A stretch of 64,000 nucleotides of DNA from Actinomycetota bacterium (GCA_041178405.1 JBEGVK010000055.1:2680-66679), one strand, 5' to 3'. Positions 27,843 through 36,949 are shown, counted from the stretch's first letter. Translations and numbers: made by a program. The notes: generated from the sequence alone by a model not told the origin.

Positions 27843-27893
27843 GATGGCGAGGCTACCGGCGCCTCGCGGGTGCCCGCCGATAGCCTCGGAGCG

Positions 27894-29324
27894 ATGGCAC
27901 TCCCGGTGGTCGCATCCGTGCTCCCCGGTTCGCCGGCGGAGGCAGCAGGGCTCGTCGTCGGCGATCAGGTGACGGCCATCAACGGCATGGTGCCACGCGA
28001 TGTCATCGAGTGGCGCATGGCAGCCGACGAGCCTGAGGTCGTGCTCGAGCTCCGACGTGGCGGCCTCGACACCGTCGTGCAGGTTGCCAAGCGAGCAGGC
28101 GAGCCGCTCGGTGCCGAGGTCTCGAGCGCGCTGTTCGACCGCGTGCGGACATGCGACAACCACTGCGAGTTCTGCTTCATCTACCAGTTGCCGAAGGGAC
28201 TCCGGAAGAGCCTGTACCTGAAGGACGACGACTACCGGCTGAGCTTCCTCTACGGCAACTTCACGACGCTCACCAGGTTCACCGAGGCTGATCTCGAGCG
28301 GGTGGTCTCTGAGCGACTCTCGCCGATCAACGTCAGCATCCATGCAGTCGACCCAGAGGTGCGGTCGGCGATGCTCCGCAATCCGAGGGGCGGCATGAGC
28401 CTTCGGTGGCTCCGTCAGCTGCTCGACCACGGCATCGCCGTACGCGGGCAGATCGTGCTGTGCCCCGGCATCAATGACGGACTCGTGCTCGAGCGCACGC
28501 TCGCCGGCATCCTCGACGAGTTTCCCGAACTGCAGTCGCTTGCAGTGGTGCCCCTCGGTATCAGCCGCTTCAACCCCGAGGCGGCGATGCGCGCCCACAC
28601 CGCAGCCGAGGCCGAGGCCGTGCTCGATGCAGTCCACCGGTGGCAGGACGTCTTCCTCCGCGTCCTCGGTCGACGGCTCGTCTTCGCCGCCGACGAGTAC
28701 TACCTGATGTGCGGGCAGCCGTTTCCACCCGCCGAGTGCTACGACGACTTCGACCTTCACGAGGACGGCGTTGGCATGGCGCGCACGTTTGAGCGCGAGT
28801 GGCACGGCATCGCCGACGAGGTCGTCGGCACACGAGCAGGCTTCTTCTCGTGGGTCGACGGCGCTCCGCCAGAGGGCTACCGGGCGCCGCGCAATCCGGC
28901 CGGCGACACGGGGCTCCACGCTGCTCGCAACGACGGGCCAACGCGTGTGGCCATCTCTGCGCGCCGCAACGCACCGGTGGGCATCCTCACCGGTGAGTAC
29001 GGTGCTCGAGTGCTCGCTCCGCTCGTCGCAGAGCTCGGCCGATCGGACGTCAGGATCATCCCCGTGCGAAATGACTTCTTCGGCGGCAACACGGCCGTGA
29101 CAGGGCTGATGGTGGGAGCCGATCTCGCCGTCGTGCTGTCCGCCGAGCCGCACGGGCATCGCTACCTCCTGCCCGATGTGTGCCTCAGCGAGGGCCGGTT
29201 CCTGGATGGCATGACGCCTGCCGACCTGCCCCGACCCGTCGACGTCGTCCCAGCCGACGGTTATGCCCTCCGGTCGGCGCTCGAACTCGACGGCGCCAGT
29301 CGCGTGCCGAGGGAGGATCGATGA
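27894..29324 (+). CDS. PDZ-domain radical-SAM protein (DUF512 family)
   Basis: Trimmed to ATG 27894 (MALPVVASVLPGSPAEAAGL = PDZ). The CDNHCEFC CxxxCxxC cluster and YLKDDDYRLSFLYGNFTTLT are present. Confidence 0.8.
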   Translation: MALPVVASVLPGSPAEAAGLVVGDQVTAINGMVPRDVIEWRMAADEPEVVLELRRGGLDTVVQVAKRAGEPLGAEVSSALFDRVRTCDNHCEFCFIYQLPKGLRKSLYLKDDDYRLSFLYGNFTTLTRFTEADLERVVSERLSPINVSIHAVDPEVRSAMLRNPRGGMSLRWLRQLLDHGIAVRGQIVLCPGINDGLVLERTLAGILDEFPELQSLAVVPLGISRFNPEAAMRAHTAAEAEAVLDAVHRWQDVFLRVLGRRLVFAADEYYLMCGQPFPPAECYDDFDLHEDGVGMARTFEREWHGIADEVVGTRAGFFSWVDGAPPEGYRAPRNPAGDTGLHAARNDGPTRVAISARRNAPVGILTGEYGARVLAPLVAELGRSDVRIIPVRNDFFGGNTAVTGLMVGADLAVVLSAEPHGHRYLLPDVCLSEGRFLDGMTPADLPRPVDVVPADGYALRSALELDGASRVPREDR

Positions 29325-30682
29325 GCGAGGCAGGACTTCCCTCCGTCGTCGTCGTCGGCCGTCCGAACGTCGGAAAGAGCACGCTGTTCAACCGCATCGT
29401 CGGCGAGCAGGCTGCCATCGTCGAGAACAGGCCGGGGGTGACGCGTGACCGCAAGTCACTCGAGGCCGAGTGGCTGGGCACGCGGTTCCTCATCGTCGAC
29501 ACCGGCGGCTGGCTTCCGGGTGGATCCGAACTCGACGAGAAGGTGAGTCGGCAAGTTGAGGCTGCGGTTCGAGACGCCACTGTCGTGCTCTTCGTGGTCG
29601 ACGCCTCAGTCGGGCTGACCGACGACGACCAGGCCGTCGCTCAGTGGCTGAGGAAGATGGGCATTCCGGTGCTCGTCGTGGCGAACAAGGCCGACAACGA
29701 CCGTCGCGAGAACGAGCGCTGGGAGTTCATGGCGCTCGGCCTCGGCGAGCCGGTGCCCGTGAGTGCGCTCCACGGTCGCCGCGCCGGCGACCTGCTCGAC
29801 GAAGTGATCGCCCGCCTCCCGTCACTCGACGATGCCGCGACTGCCGAGACCGGGGTGACAGAGGCAACCGGTGACGCCGAGGCTGCCCCGCTGTGGCATC
29901 CCGATGACGAGCCGCCGCGTGTGGCGATCGTCGGGCGTCCCAACGTCGGCAAGAGCACGCTCTTCAACCGACTCGTGGGCGAGGACCGCTCTGTCGTCCA
30001 CGACATGGCGGGCACTACGCGCGACTCGATCGACACGCTCGTCGAGACTCCTGACGGGCCGATCGTGTTCGTCGACACGGCTGGCATGCGCCGAAGGAGC
30101 AGGATCGACGACTCAGCCGAGTACTACAGCATGGTGCGCGCGCTGCGCGCCATCGACGACGCCGACATCGCACTGCTCGTCATCGACGCCACCGAGGGCG
30201 TGACCAGCCAGGACCAGCGGCTCGCCGAGCGAGTCGACGCGTCCGGCTGCCCGATCGTGGTGATGCTCAACAAGTGGGAGCTTGTCGACGATGCCGACGA
30301 CAGGGCAGCGATCACTGCCGAACTCGAGCGGAAGCTCTACTTCGTCGGGGATTCGCCGGTGCTCAAGATCTCGGCGCTCACTGGCAAGGGCGTGCACAAG
30401 CTGCGTCCGGTACTCCAAGAGGCGATCGAGCAGTACCGCCGGCGCGTGCCCACCCGTGACGTCAATCGCGTGATCGCCGATGCGCAGCAGCGACAGCCAG
30501 CCGGCCACGGCCTCCGAGTCCTCTACGCCTTGCAGGGCGCCACCGATCCGCCGACGTTCACGCTCTTTGCGAATCGCGAGCTGCCGGCTACCTATCTTCG
30601 ATACCTCGAGCGGAGCATCAGGGAGGCATTCGGACTCGGTGCGACGCCGATCAAGCTGCGTGTCAGGAAGAGGAGCGAGTGA
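29321..30682 (+). CDS. der: ribosome-associated GTPase Der/EngA (two GTPase domains)
   Basis: ATGA overlap with DUF512 at 29321-29324. Two G1 motifs (GRPNVGKSTLFNR) are followed by a KH-like C-terminus. Confidence 0.92.
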   Translation: MSEAGLPSVVVVGRPNVGKSTLFNRIVGEQAAIVENRPGVTRDRKSLEAEWLGTRFLIVDTGGWLPGGSELDEKVSRQVEAAVRDATVVLFVVDASVGLTDDDQAVAQWLRKMGIPVLVVANKADNDRRENERWEFMALGLGEPVPVSALHGRRAGDLLDEVIARLPSLDDAATAETGVTEATGDAEAAPLWHPDDEPPRVAIVGRPNVGKSTLFNRLVGEDRSVVHDMAGTTRDSIDTLVETPDGPIVFVDTAGMRRRSRIDDSAEYYSMVRALRAIDDADIALLVIDATEGVTSQDQRLAERVDASGCPIVVMLNKWELVDDADDRAAITAELERKLYFVGDSPVLKISALTGKGVHKLRPVLQEAIEQYRRRVPTRDVNRVIADAQQRQPAGHGLRVLYALQGATDPPTFTLFANRELPATYLRYLERSIREAFGLGATPIKLRVRKRSE

Positions 30683-30683
30683 C

Positions 30684-30944
30684 ATGCCGTGGTGCGAGGA
30701 CTGCGCCCGCTATCTGGCACCCTCGGGTGTCCGCGCTGACGGCACGTGTCCCTCGTGCGGCCGATCTCTCGAGTCGCAGCGGCCTGTCGAACGCGTGAGC
30801 AGCCGGTCGCTCGACCTTCGGCGCCTGGCGGCGGGCGCCGACGGCGACCGAGACAGCACGGCGGCGCCATGGCACTTCAAGCTGCTGGTCGCCATGCTCG
30901 TTGCCTACCTCGGCTGGCGGGTGATCGACCTCTTCACGGGATAG
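30684..30944 (+). CDS. small zinc-ribbon protein with a C-terminal TM helix
   Basis: ATG 30684 lies 1 nt after the der stop. The 86-aa product has CEDC...CPSC and WHFKLLVAMLVAYLGWRVIDLF. Confidence 0.5.
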   Translation: MPWCEDCARYLAPSGVRADGTCPSCGRSLESQRPVERVSSRSLDLRRLAAGADGDRDSTAAPWHFKLLVAMLVAYLGWRVIDLFTG

Positions 30945-30961
30945 CATCTGCCGCCGGTCGA

Positions 30962-31039
30962 CGGGCTGTGGCGCAGCTTGGTTAGCGCGCTTGTCTGGGG
31001 GACAAGAGGTCGTGGGTTCGAATCCCGCCAGCCCGACCA
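30962..31039 (+). tRNA. tRNA-Pro (anticodon GGG), CCA encoded
   Basis: I folded the cloverleaf by hand. Acceptor CGGGCUG/CAGCCCG, D-arm GCGC...GCGC, anticodon stem CUUGU/ACAAG with loop CU-GGG-GG, T-arm GUGGG-UUCGAAU-CCCGC, discriminator A (31036) and CCA (31037-31039). Confidence 0.92.
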
Positions 31040-31073
31040 CACCCCGCACGGAGATCGCCCGCCGTGACGAAGA

Positions 31074-31099
31074 GCGGCGACGCTGCTGCGAGTCGCCGC
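31074..31099 (+). terminator. stem-loop downstream of tRNA-Pro
   Basis: GCGGCGAC-(10 nt)-GTCGCCGC forms an 8-bp perfect stem. Confidence 0.35.
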
Positions 31100-31148
31100 C
31101 AGACAGGGTGCCCTAGCGGCTCGCGCGAGGCACCGGTAGTCTCTCGGG

Positions 31149-31976
31149 GTGCATTTCCGGCCCCTTCTGCCCAGTTGTCGCCCCACGAGGGCTGGTGGCG
31201 CACGGGCTCGGCGGCGCTCCGACGCTGCTCTGGCAGTGCTGGTGGCGATCGCGGCGCCAGCAATTGCGTCCTGCTCGGCGGTCAGCGGAGAGGCCAGCGA
31301 GTACAACTTTGCCTGTGACGCAGCACCGCCGGTGCAGCTGTCCCTCGTCGACATCTCCACCAGCGGACGCGATATCGACATCCTCGCCGAGCGCCTCAAT
31401 GCGGTGCAGGTCGATGCCGAGCGGGTCGCCGACTGCGACGGCGAGATCACCATCGTGGCGTGGGGCGGGTCGGCCTCGACCTCCGAGGTGCTCTTCCAAG
31501 GACAGATCAGAGTCGTCGGCGCCAGCGAGATCGGCCGCGATCGCAAGATCCCTGCGGCTGTCGATGCGGTGATGGACGAGGTCCGCCAGAGCCTCGCCAC
31601 GGTGCTGGGATCCCGTGCATCGGGGGGCCACGACCTCCTGGCCGCCTTCTCGATCGTGTCCGACTTCGTCAGGGCCGCCGGGGGCACCGACGCCAATATC
31701 GCAGTGAGCATCTACGCCGACGGCGTGTCGACGGAGGGCTCTGCCGACATCAATCGCCCCGGCCTCAGCGAGGCACGGCTCGAAGAGCTGATCGCCGAGC
31801 AGACCATGCCCGACCTCAGCGGCGTGCCCATCTCGATGTTCGGCGTCGGCCGACTCGGGGGAACCGACAAGCCGCCCCAGCAGGTGGTCGACCTCACCCA
31901 GGCCTACGCCCAGATGCTGTGCGAGGCCACCGGGGCGGAATGCCGCACATTCTCCAGTACATTTTCGGCAGATTGA
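31149..31976 (+). CDS. secreted lipoprotein with a von Willebrand A (MIDAS) domain
   Basis: The basic n-region, hydrophobic core and lipobox are ALAVLVAIAAPAIASC. The MIDAS is LVDISTSG (DxSxS) with a later YADGVST. The start is uncertain (GTG 31149 is the ORF maximum). Confidence 0.7.
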   Translation: MHFRPLLPSCRPTRAGGARARRRSDAALAVLVAIAAPAIASCSAVSGEASEYNFACDAAPPVQLSLVDISTSGRDIDILAERLNAVQVDAERVADCDGEITIVAWGGSASTSEVLFQGQIRVVGASEIGRDRKIPAAVDAVMDEVRQSLATVLGSRASGGHDLLAAFSIVSDFVRAAGGTDANIAVSIYADGVSTEGSADINRPGLSEARLEELIAEQTMPDLSGVPISMFGVGRLGGTDKPPQQVVDLTQAYAQMLCEATGAECRTFSSTFSAD

Positions 31977-32055
31977 GTCCTGGGGACCACGACCAACTGC
32001 CAGCAGCGCTCATTTCCGCCAGGAACTGCCCAACCGACCAAGGCCGGGAGACACA

Positions 32056-33333
32056 GTGGGACTCTTCAACAGCAGATCAGGTGCCTGGAGCACCTTGAAC
32101 GGCGAGGCTGCCGCACCGACGCGCAAGTCGGTGCAGCGCAGCTTCGATCGCGACCCCATCGACTGGGCGTCGCACGTCCGGATCGTGGCACCCCAGCCCA
32201 CTGACTCGCCGATCGACCTTCCCGAGGGCGCCGTGCTGCACGTTGCCGCCCAGTTCGTCGCCGAGGCCCGTGCCCAGGCCGCCGAGTACGCAGCTGGCGC
32301 CAGTGCCGCGATCCGCGAGATCCTCGCCGATGCACGAGCCCGGCGCTTCGAGGCGGTCCAGCAGGCCAAGGCCCGCCGACTGATGCTCCAGAGCTATCGC
32401 GCCGCCCTGCAGCGTCACGCCGACGCCCAGCGCATCCTCGGCCCCCATGTGCGCTTCAGCGGGTCGACCGGAAAGAACCTGTGGATCCTGTTCTTCCTGG
32501 TCGGCGATGCCGCCGGCATGACCCTTGCGCTCACCTATGGCGGCGAGTCGCCGTTCATCGCCGGCGTCATGGCCCTCGCGGTCGGCGCTGCGGTGATCGT
32601 CTCCGGCAAGCTCGGAGAGGACCTTCGGCGAGAGTCGTTCGTCAAGAACCTCTCGTCGTCGGGTGATGAGGAGACCGAGCGCGTCGTCGAAGCGGTGTTC
32701 GGCGTCGACGACAGCAGCCGTCTGCTCAACCGCAAGGTGCTGTACACCTTCATCGGCACGTCCTCGCTTGCCGGGCTCGCCATCGGCGTGTACCGAGCAC
32801 AGGAGGAATCCATCTCCATCGGCATCGCGTTCGGCATGTGGGCTCTGCTCATCGGCGCTGGCTCCTTTGCTGCTTCCTGGTACTACTGCGATCCGGCGCG
32901 CACGTTCATCTCGCTCACCCAGCAGGCAGTCGACGATGCCGAGGCCATCTTCCAGTCGACAGAGATCGACGCCATCGAAGAGCACAACGCCAATATCGAG
33001 GCTGCCAAGCACATCGTCCGCGAGTACCGCCAGCGAGCCGAGGCGGCGTGGAACATGACACTGGCAGGTGCTGCCGCGGCGATGGCCGCCAACAGCGGTG
33101 TGATCGGACTCGCACAGATGAAGGGCCACTGGGTGTTGCAGCAGCGCATGCCCGACACGTACTGGCCCGACCTGAGCGAGTACTTCGAGATCGTCGACCG
33201 CGACGACGTCGCGCCCGACTCGGCGACTGCCACCCTGCTCGAGCCCATCACCGAGGAGACCGAGCGTCCCACGTACTGGCTCTCAGAGGTCGGGGCGGGC
33301 CGTACCCGCGCCGGCGTCGCCGCAGGCGGCTGA
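32056..33333 (+). CDS. 4-TM membrane protein with long helical N- and C-terminal regions, unknown family
   Basis: GGGAG precedes GTG 32056 by 7 nt. The TM helices are NLWILFFLVGDAAGMTLALTY, SPFIAGVMALAVGAAVIVSG, VLYTFIGTSSLAGLAIGVY and ISIGIAFGMWALLIGAGSFAASWYY. The flanks are Ala/Arg/Gln/Glu-rich. Confidence 0.7.
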   Translation: MGLFNSRSGAWSTLNGEAAAPTRKSVQRSFDRDPIDWASHVRIVAPQPTDSPIDLPEGAVLHVAAQFVAEARAQAAEYAAGASAAIREILADARARRFEAVQQAKARRLMLQSYRAALQRHADAQRILGPHVRFSGSTGKNLWILFFLVGDAAGMTLALTYGGESPFIAGVMALAVGAAVIVSGKLGEDLRRESFVKNLSSSGDEETERVVEAVFGVDDSSRLLNRKVLYTFIGTSSLAGLAIGVYRAQEESISIGIAFGMWALLIGAGSFAASWYYCDPARTFISLTQQAVDDAEAIFQSTEIDAIEEHNANIEAAKHIVREYRQRAEAAWNMTLAGAAAAMAANSGVIGLAQMKGHWVLQQRMPDTYWPDLSEYFEIVDRDDVAPDSATATLLEPITEETERPTYWLSEVGAGRTRAGVAAGG

Positions 33334-33376
33334 CCGGCAGTGGCAGACCGCTCCGCTCCGGTGATGGAGCGCATCC

Positions 33377-34060
33377 GTGGCTAAGCGTCGCCGCCGTCGT
33401 TCCCGCAGGCGTGCTCGCCGGCGCAGTACTGCGCCCATCGGCATGATCGCCGGTGGCGTCGCCGCGGTACTCGTGCTCGTTGCCGGAGGCCTTGCGTACT
33501 CGAATGGCGCCTTCGACAGCCTCCTCGTCAGCGAGGAGGCCGCTGGGCTCACCGGGGTGTCGGCCTCGTCAGACCGATTCCGCGGTGCCGAGGGAATCGA
33601 CGTCGGCGAGATCACGCCCGTCGAGTACTGGTGGACCGACCCCACGGCAATCATCTCCGAGCCCGAGCCGGCGAGTTCGGTGCCCAATACGAACGCAGGC
33701 GAGCAGTACCAAGAGGTCCAGATTCCCGCCGACGTGCTCTTCGAGGCCGACTCGGCCGAGCTCGGACAGAATTCCTACGAGGCGATCCAGGCGATTGCCG
33801 ACACGGTTGCTGATGCCTCGCTGCGAATCATCGTGGTGTGCCACTCGTCATCCGACGGCAGCATCGCCACACGTCTCACGCTCAGCGAGGACCGCGCCGA
33901 CGCGCTGGCCTCGGCGCTCGAAGATCTCCTCGGCCGGCCCCGCGGCTCCATCACGCGTATCGGCAAGGGCGACAGCGAGCCGCTGCCCGGCATCGACCAG
34001 TCGACCTCAGAGGGACGCGCGCTGAACCGGCGCTGCGAGGTCTTCATCCAGTTCCCGTAG
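33377..34060 (+). CDS. membrane-anchored OmpA/MotB-like peptidoglycan-binding protein
   Basis: The N-terminus is Arg-rich (AKRRRRRSRRRARRR) and is followed by one TM helix. The C-terminal OmpA_C-like signature is VLFEADSAEL...LSEDRADALASAL...GKGDSEPL...GRALNRRCEVFI. Confidence 0.75.
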   Translation: MAKRRRRRSRRRARRRSTAPIGMIAGGVAAVLVLVAGGLAYSNGAFDSLLVSEEAAGLTGVSASSDRFRGAEGIDVGEITPVEYWWTDPTAIISEPEPASSVPNTNAGEQYQEVQIPADVLFEADSAELGQNSYEAIQAIADTVADASLRIIVVCHSSSDGSIATRLTLSEDRADALASALEDLLGRPRGSITRIGKGDSEPLPGIDQSTSEGRALNRRCEVFIQFP

Positions 34061-34068
34061 CGGCATCG

Positions 34069-34803
34069 ATGTGCGGCCGCTTTGTGTCGACGAGCAGTCC
34101 GGCGACGCTGGCTGCGGTGTTCGAGGCCACACCGCCGCCGGTCACGCTTCCGCCCCGCTACAACGTGGCTCCCACCACCGCCGTGTACGGCATCGTGGAA
34201 GCGACCGACCGCACGAGGCATGTCGAGGTCTTCCGGTGGGGTCTCGTGCCCTCCTGGGCGAAGGACATCTCGATCGGCGCTCGCCTCATCAACGCGCGCG
34301 CCGAGACGGTCACCGAGAAACCAGCCTTCCGGAACTCGTTCGCCCGGCGTCGCGTCATCGTGCCGATGGACGGCTTCTACGAGTGGCAGCCGTCCGGATC
34401 GACGCGGGCCACGAAGCAGCCGTATTTCGTTCATCGCACCGACGGCCAGCTCCTTGCAGCGGCAGGCCTGTGGTCCTCATGGCGCGATCCCTCCGTGCCC
34501 GACGAGACGGCGGCCTGGCTGCATTCGTGTGCCCTGCTGACGACTTCTGCCAACGCCCTGATGGCGCCCGTGCACGATCGGATGCCGGTGGTACTCGAGT
34601 CAGCAGACTGGGCCGAGTGGCTCGATCCATCGAATGACGACGTCGTCGGCCTTGCCGGACTGCTCCGCCCCGCTGCGGACGGGGTACTCGAGCGTCACCC
34701 CGTGGGCATCGAGGTGAACAGGGTCGGCAACGATGGACCGGGGCTGATCGCCCCTCTGGGCGAGATCAGCGACACGGTTCCCACCGAGCGTGGCCATCGC
34801 TGA
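34069..34803 (+). CDS. SOS-response-associated peptidase (SRAP / YedK / HMCES family)
   Basis: Trimmed to ATG 34069, giving an MCGRF N-terminus (catalytic Cys2). YNVAPT, FRWGLVPSWAKD, INARAETV, PMDGFYEW and PMPVVL-like MPVVLE are present. Confidence 0.88.
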   Translation: MCGRFVSTSSPATLAAVFEATPPPVTLPPRYNVAPTTAVYGIVEATDRTRHVEVFRWGLVPSWAKDISIGARLINARAETVTEKPAFRNSFARRRVIVPMDGFYEWQPSGSTRATKQPYFVHRTDGQLLAAAGLWSSWRDPSVPDETAAWLHSCALLTTSANALMAPVHDRMPVVLESADWAEWLDPSNDDVVGLAGLLRPAADGVLERHPVGIEVNRVGNDGPGLIAPLGEISDTVPTERGHR

Positions 34804-34895
34804 ACGTGTGTCAGGAATTGGTCAAGTTCGGAACGAGTCGTCAAGTCTCGGGTGTCCGGTGCCGATGAAGACGCCGGAGACACAAGGAGCAGATC

Positions 34896-35822
34896 GTGGA
34901 TACCACAGAGAGCCTGCCGCAGGGGAGTGATCAGGTCGACATCGGCAGCGTTGCGTTTGCGCGCCGTATGGCGAATCTCCTGTTGGCGACCCGGCGCGAG
35001 CGCAGGGTGTCGATCGGCCGCCTTGCCCGACGCAGCGGGGGCCGCTTCTCGAAGCGCGATCTGCGCGCGTGGGAAGCCGGTGAGCGCCGCCTTGATGCGC
35101 CCACGGTGCTGCAGCTGACGGGCCTGTATGGCTGTGACGTGTCCCAGATCCTCCCATCGCGCCTGCCGATCGCCGTGGAGTTCGGGCGAATCAGCGCTGG
35201 TGGCGTGAGTGCTCAGTTCGAGCCACTCAGCTCGACGTCCCTTCTCGAGGCGTACCTCCGGCTCGTGCGCTCGCTGCGACGGCAGAAGAGTGCGCCGACT
35301 GTCGAGTTGCGTCGCGATGACATCGAGGTGCTCGCCGCCTACCTGCAGGAGAAGGGCGAAGTCGTCGTCGAGCGCCTCGGCGCGCTCATGGGCGCAACGC
35401 GGAGCCAGCGCACTGCAATGGCCGGCCTGTTCGCGACCGGTGCTGTCGTGATCGGACTCGTCGGCACCGCAGCGGCGGGCGGCCCGAGTCCGGTCACTGG
35501 GCCAGCCACGCTGGCACCCGCTGATCGTGCTCCGACGATGTCGGATCAGGCGCCCCCCACGATGCCGGCACTCGTCGAGTCGAACGCGCCCATCGCTGTT
35601 CCGGTGATCGTCGTCACCGGCGACGGTGGCGTCCTGACGGCTCCTGGCGCCTCCATGACGGGTTCATCGTCGATGTCGAACTCGACGCTGTCAGCATCTG
35701 CGACCGCTGCCACCGCATCGGTGAGCGACTCGAGTACCGGTTCCGACGTTCCGCTCGTAGACACTGACCTCCCGACCGAGGTTGATCCGGTCGTCGAGGT
35801 CGGCGTCCCGCCGCTTCCCTGA
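34896..35822 (+). CDS. membrane-anchored XRE-type HTH protein with a Ser/Thr/Pro-rich extracytoplasmic tail
   Basis: AAGGAG lies 7 nt before GTG 34896. The N-terminus is HTH-like (FARRMANLLLATRRERRVSIGRLARRSG). One TM helix (MAGLFATGAVVIGLVGTAAAG) is followed by a low-complexity S/T/P/A tail. Confidence 0.6.
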   Translation: MDTTESLPQGSDQVDIGSVAFARRMANLLLATRRERRVSIGRLARRSGGRFSKRDLRAWEAGERRLDAPTVLQLTGLYGCDVSQILPSRLPIAVEFGRISAGGVSAQFEPLSSTSLLEAYLRLVRSLRRQKSAPTVELRRDDIEVLAAYLQEKGEVVVERLGALMGATRSQRTAMAGLFATGAVVIGLVGTAAAGGPSPVTGPATLAPADRAPTMSDQAPPTMPALVESNAPIAVPVIVVTGDGGVLTAPGASMTGSSSMSNSTLSASATAATASVSDSSTGSDVPLVDTDLPTEVDPVVEVGVPPLP

Positions 35823-35828
35823 TCGCCT

Positions 35829-36257
35829 CTACCCGAGGTCGTGCAGGGCGTTGCGAATGGCCACTGCGGCCGACTCAAGGCCATCGCGGTCCGCAGTCGC
35901 CGCCGCATTGGCAAATGACAGCTCAGCCATCGACGTCGTCGGGATGACGTGCAGGTGGGTGTGGGGCACCTCGTAACCGGCAATGATGAGCCCGACCCTC
36001 TCGCAGTGAAACGCACGCTGCTGGGCCCGCCCGATGCGGTGGGCGACCTCGAAGAGGTGAGCGGCAAGCGACGCCTCGAGGTCGATCCAGTGGTCGACCT
36101 CGTCGATCGGCACCACGAGTGTGTGGCCGTGTGCCATCGGATTGATCGACATGAACGCAGCGCACCGGTCGTCTCGATGTACGAACGTGCCGGGTATCTC
36201 GCCGGCGATGATGCGCGAGAAGACAGTGGTCATGAGCGTCACGGTAGACGACTGCAC
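35829..36257 (-). CDS. HIT-family nucleotide hydrolase/transferase
   Basis: GHTLVVP and the histidine triad HTHLHVIP are present. Confidence 0.85.
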   Translation of the reverse strand: MQSSTVTLMTTVFSRIIAGEIPGTFVHRDDRCAAFMSINPMAHGHTLVVPIDEVDHWIDLEASLAAHLFEVAHRIGRAQQRAFHCERVGLIIAGYEVPHTHLHVIPTTSMAELSFANAAATADRDGLESAAVAIRNALHDLG

Positions 36258-36283
36258 GACCTTGCAGACTCCGGTGCGGGCCC

Positions 36284-36949
36284 ATGGCGGTCGCTACCAT
36301 CACCGCCATGGACGACTCCGACGCACGTGACGACGGAGGGTCTCGAACGGAATCCAGAGCCGACGATCGAACGCCGCCCCGCTACCTGACACTGCCGAAC
36401 GCATTCACCCTCCTGCGTCTGTGCTGCATCCCGGTCTTCGTGTGGCTGCTGTTCGGACGAGATTCCCGCCTGGCCGCCGGACTGCTCCTCGGCGCACTCG
36501 GCGCCACTGACTGGGTCGACGGCTGGCTGGCTCGGAGGTTCAATCAGGTGAGCGAGTTCGGGGCAATGTTCGACCCGACAGCCGACCGACTGCTGTTCGT
36601 CGTAGCGATCACCTCGATCATCATCGACGGTTCAGCGCCGCTGTGGTTCTGCGTTGCGGTCATGACGCGCGAGGTGCTCGTCGGTGGCACGGTGGCAGTT
36701 GCCACCCTGTTCCTGCGGATGGCGCGCTTCGACGTGACGTGGTGGGGAAAGACAGCGACGTTCCTGCTGATGTTCGCCTTCCCGGGCTTCCTGCTCGGGG
36801 AGTCGGGAATCGCCGTCGACTGGTTCTTCGAGGCGGGCGCCTGGATCCTCGGCCTTCCGGGACTCGTCCTGAGCGTGTGGACCGGTATCGGATATGCGCC
36901 ACTCATCCGCGACGGCATCCGCCGTGGCAGGAGTTCCGCTGGTACCTGA
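36284..36949 (+). CDS. CDP-alcohol phosphatidyltransferase (PgsA-like)
   Basis: The motif is GATDWVDGWLARRFNQVSEFGAMFDPTADRL (D-x2-DG-x2-AR...D-x3-D), and the protein is multi-TM. The start is uncertain (36284 or the downstream ATG 36308). Confidence 0.8.
   Translation: MAVATITAMDDSDARDDGGSRTESRADDRTPPRYLTLPNAFTLLRLCCIPVFVWLLFGRDSRLAAGLLLGALGATDWVDGWLARRFNQVSEFGAMFDPTADRLLFVVAITSIIIDGSAPLWFCVAVMTREVLVGGTVAVATLFLRMARFDVTWWGKTATFLLMFAFPGFLLGESGIAVDWFFEAGAWILGLPGLVLSVWTGIGYAPLIRDGIRRGRSSAGT

Noticed and set aside
32056-34060. Calling the 4-TM protein and the OmpA-like protein MotA/MotB (or ZorA/ZorB, TolQ/TolR) homologues.
   Set aside because: Only the topology matches. The single TM helix of the OmpA-like protein lacks the invariant Asp. 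I see no MotA/ExbB/TolQ sequence signature, so homology is not claimed.
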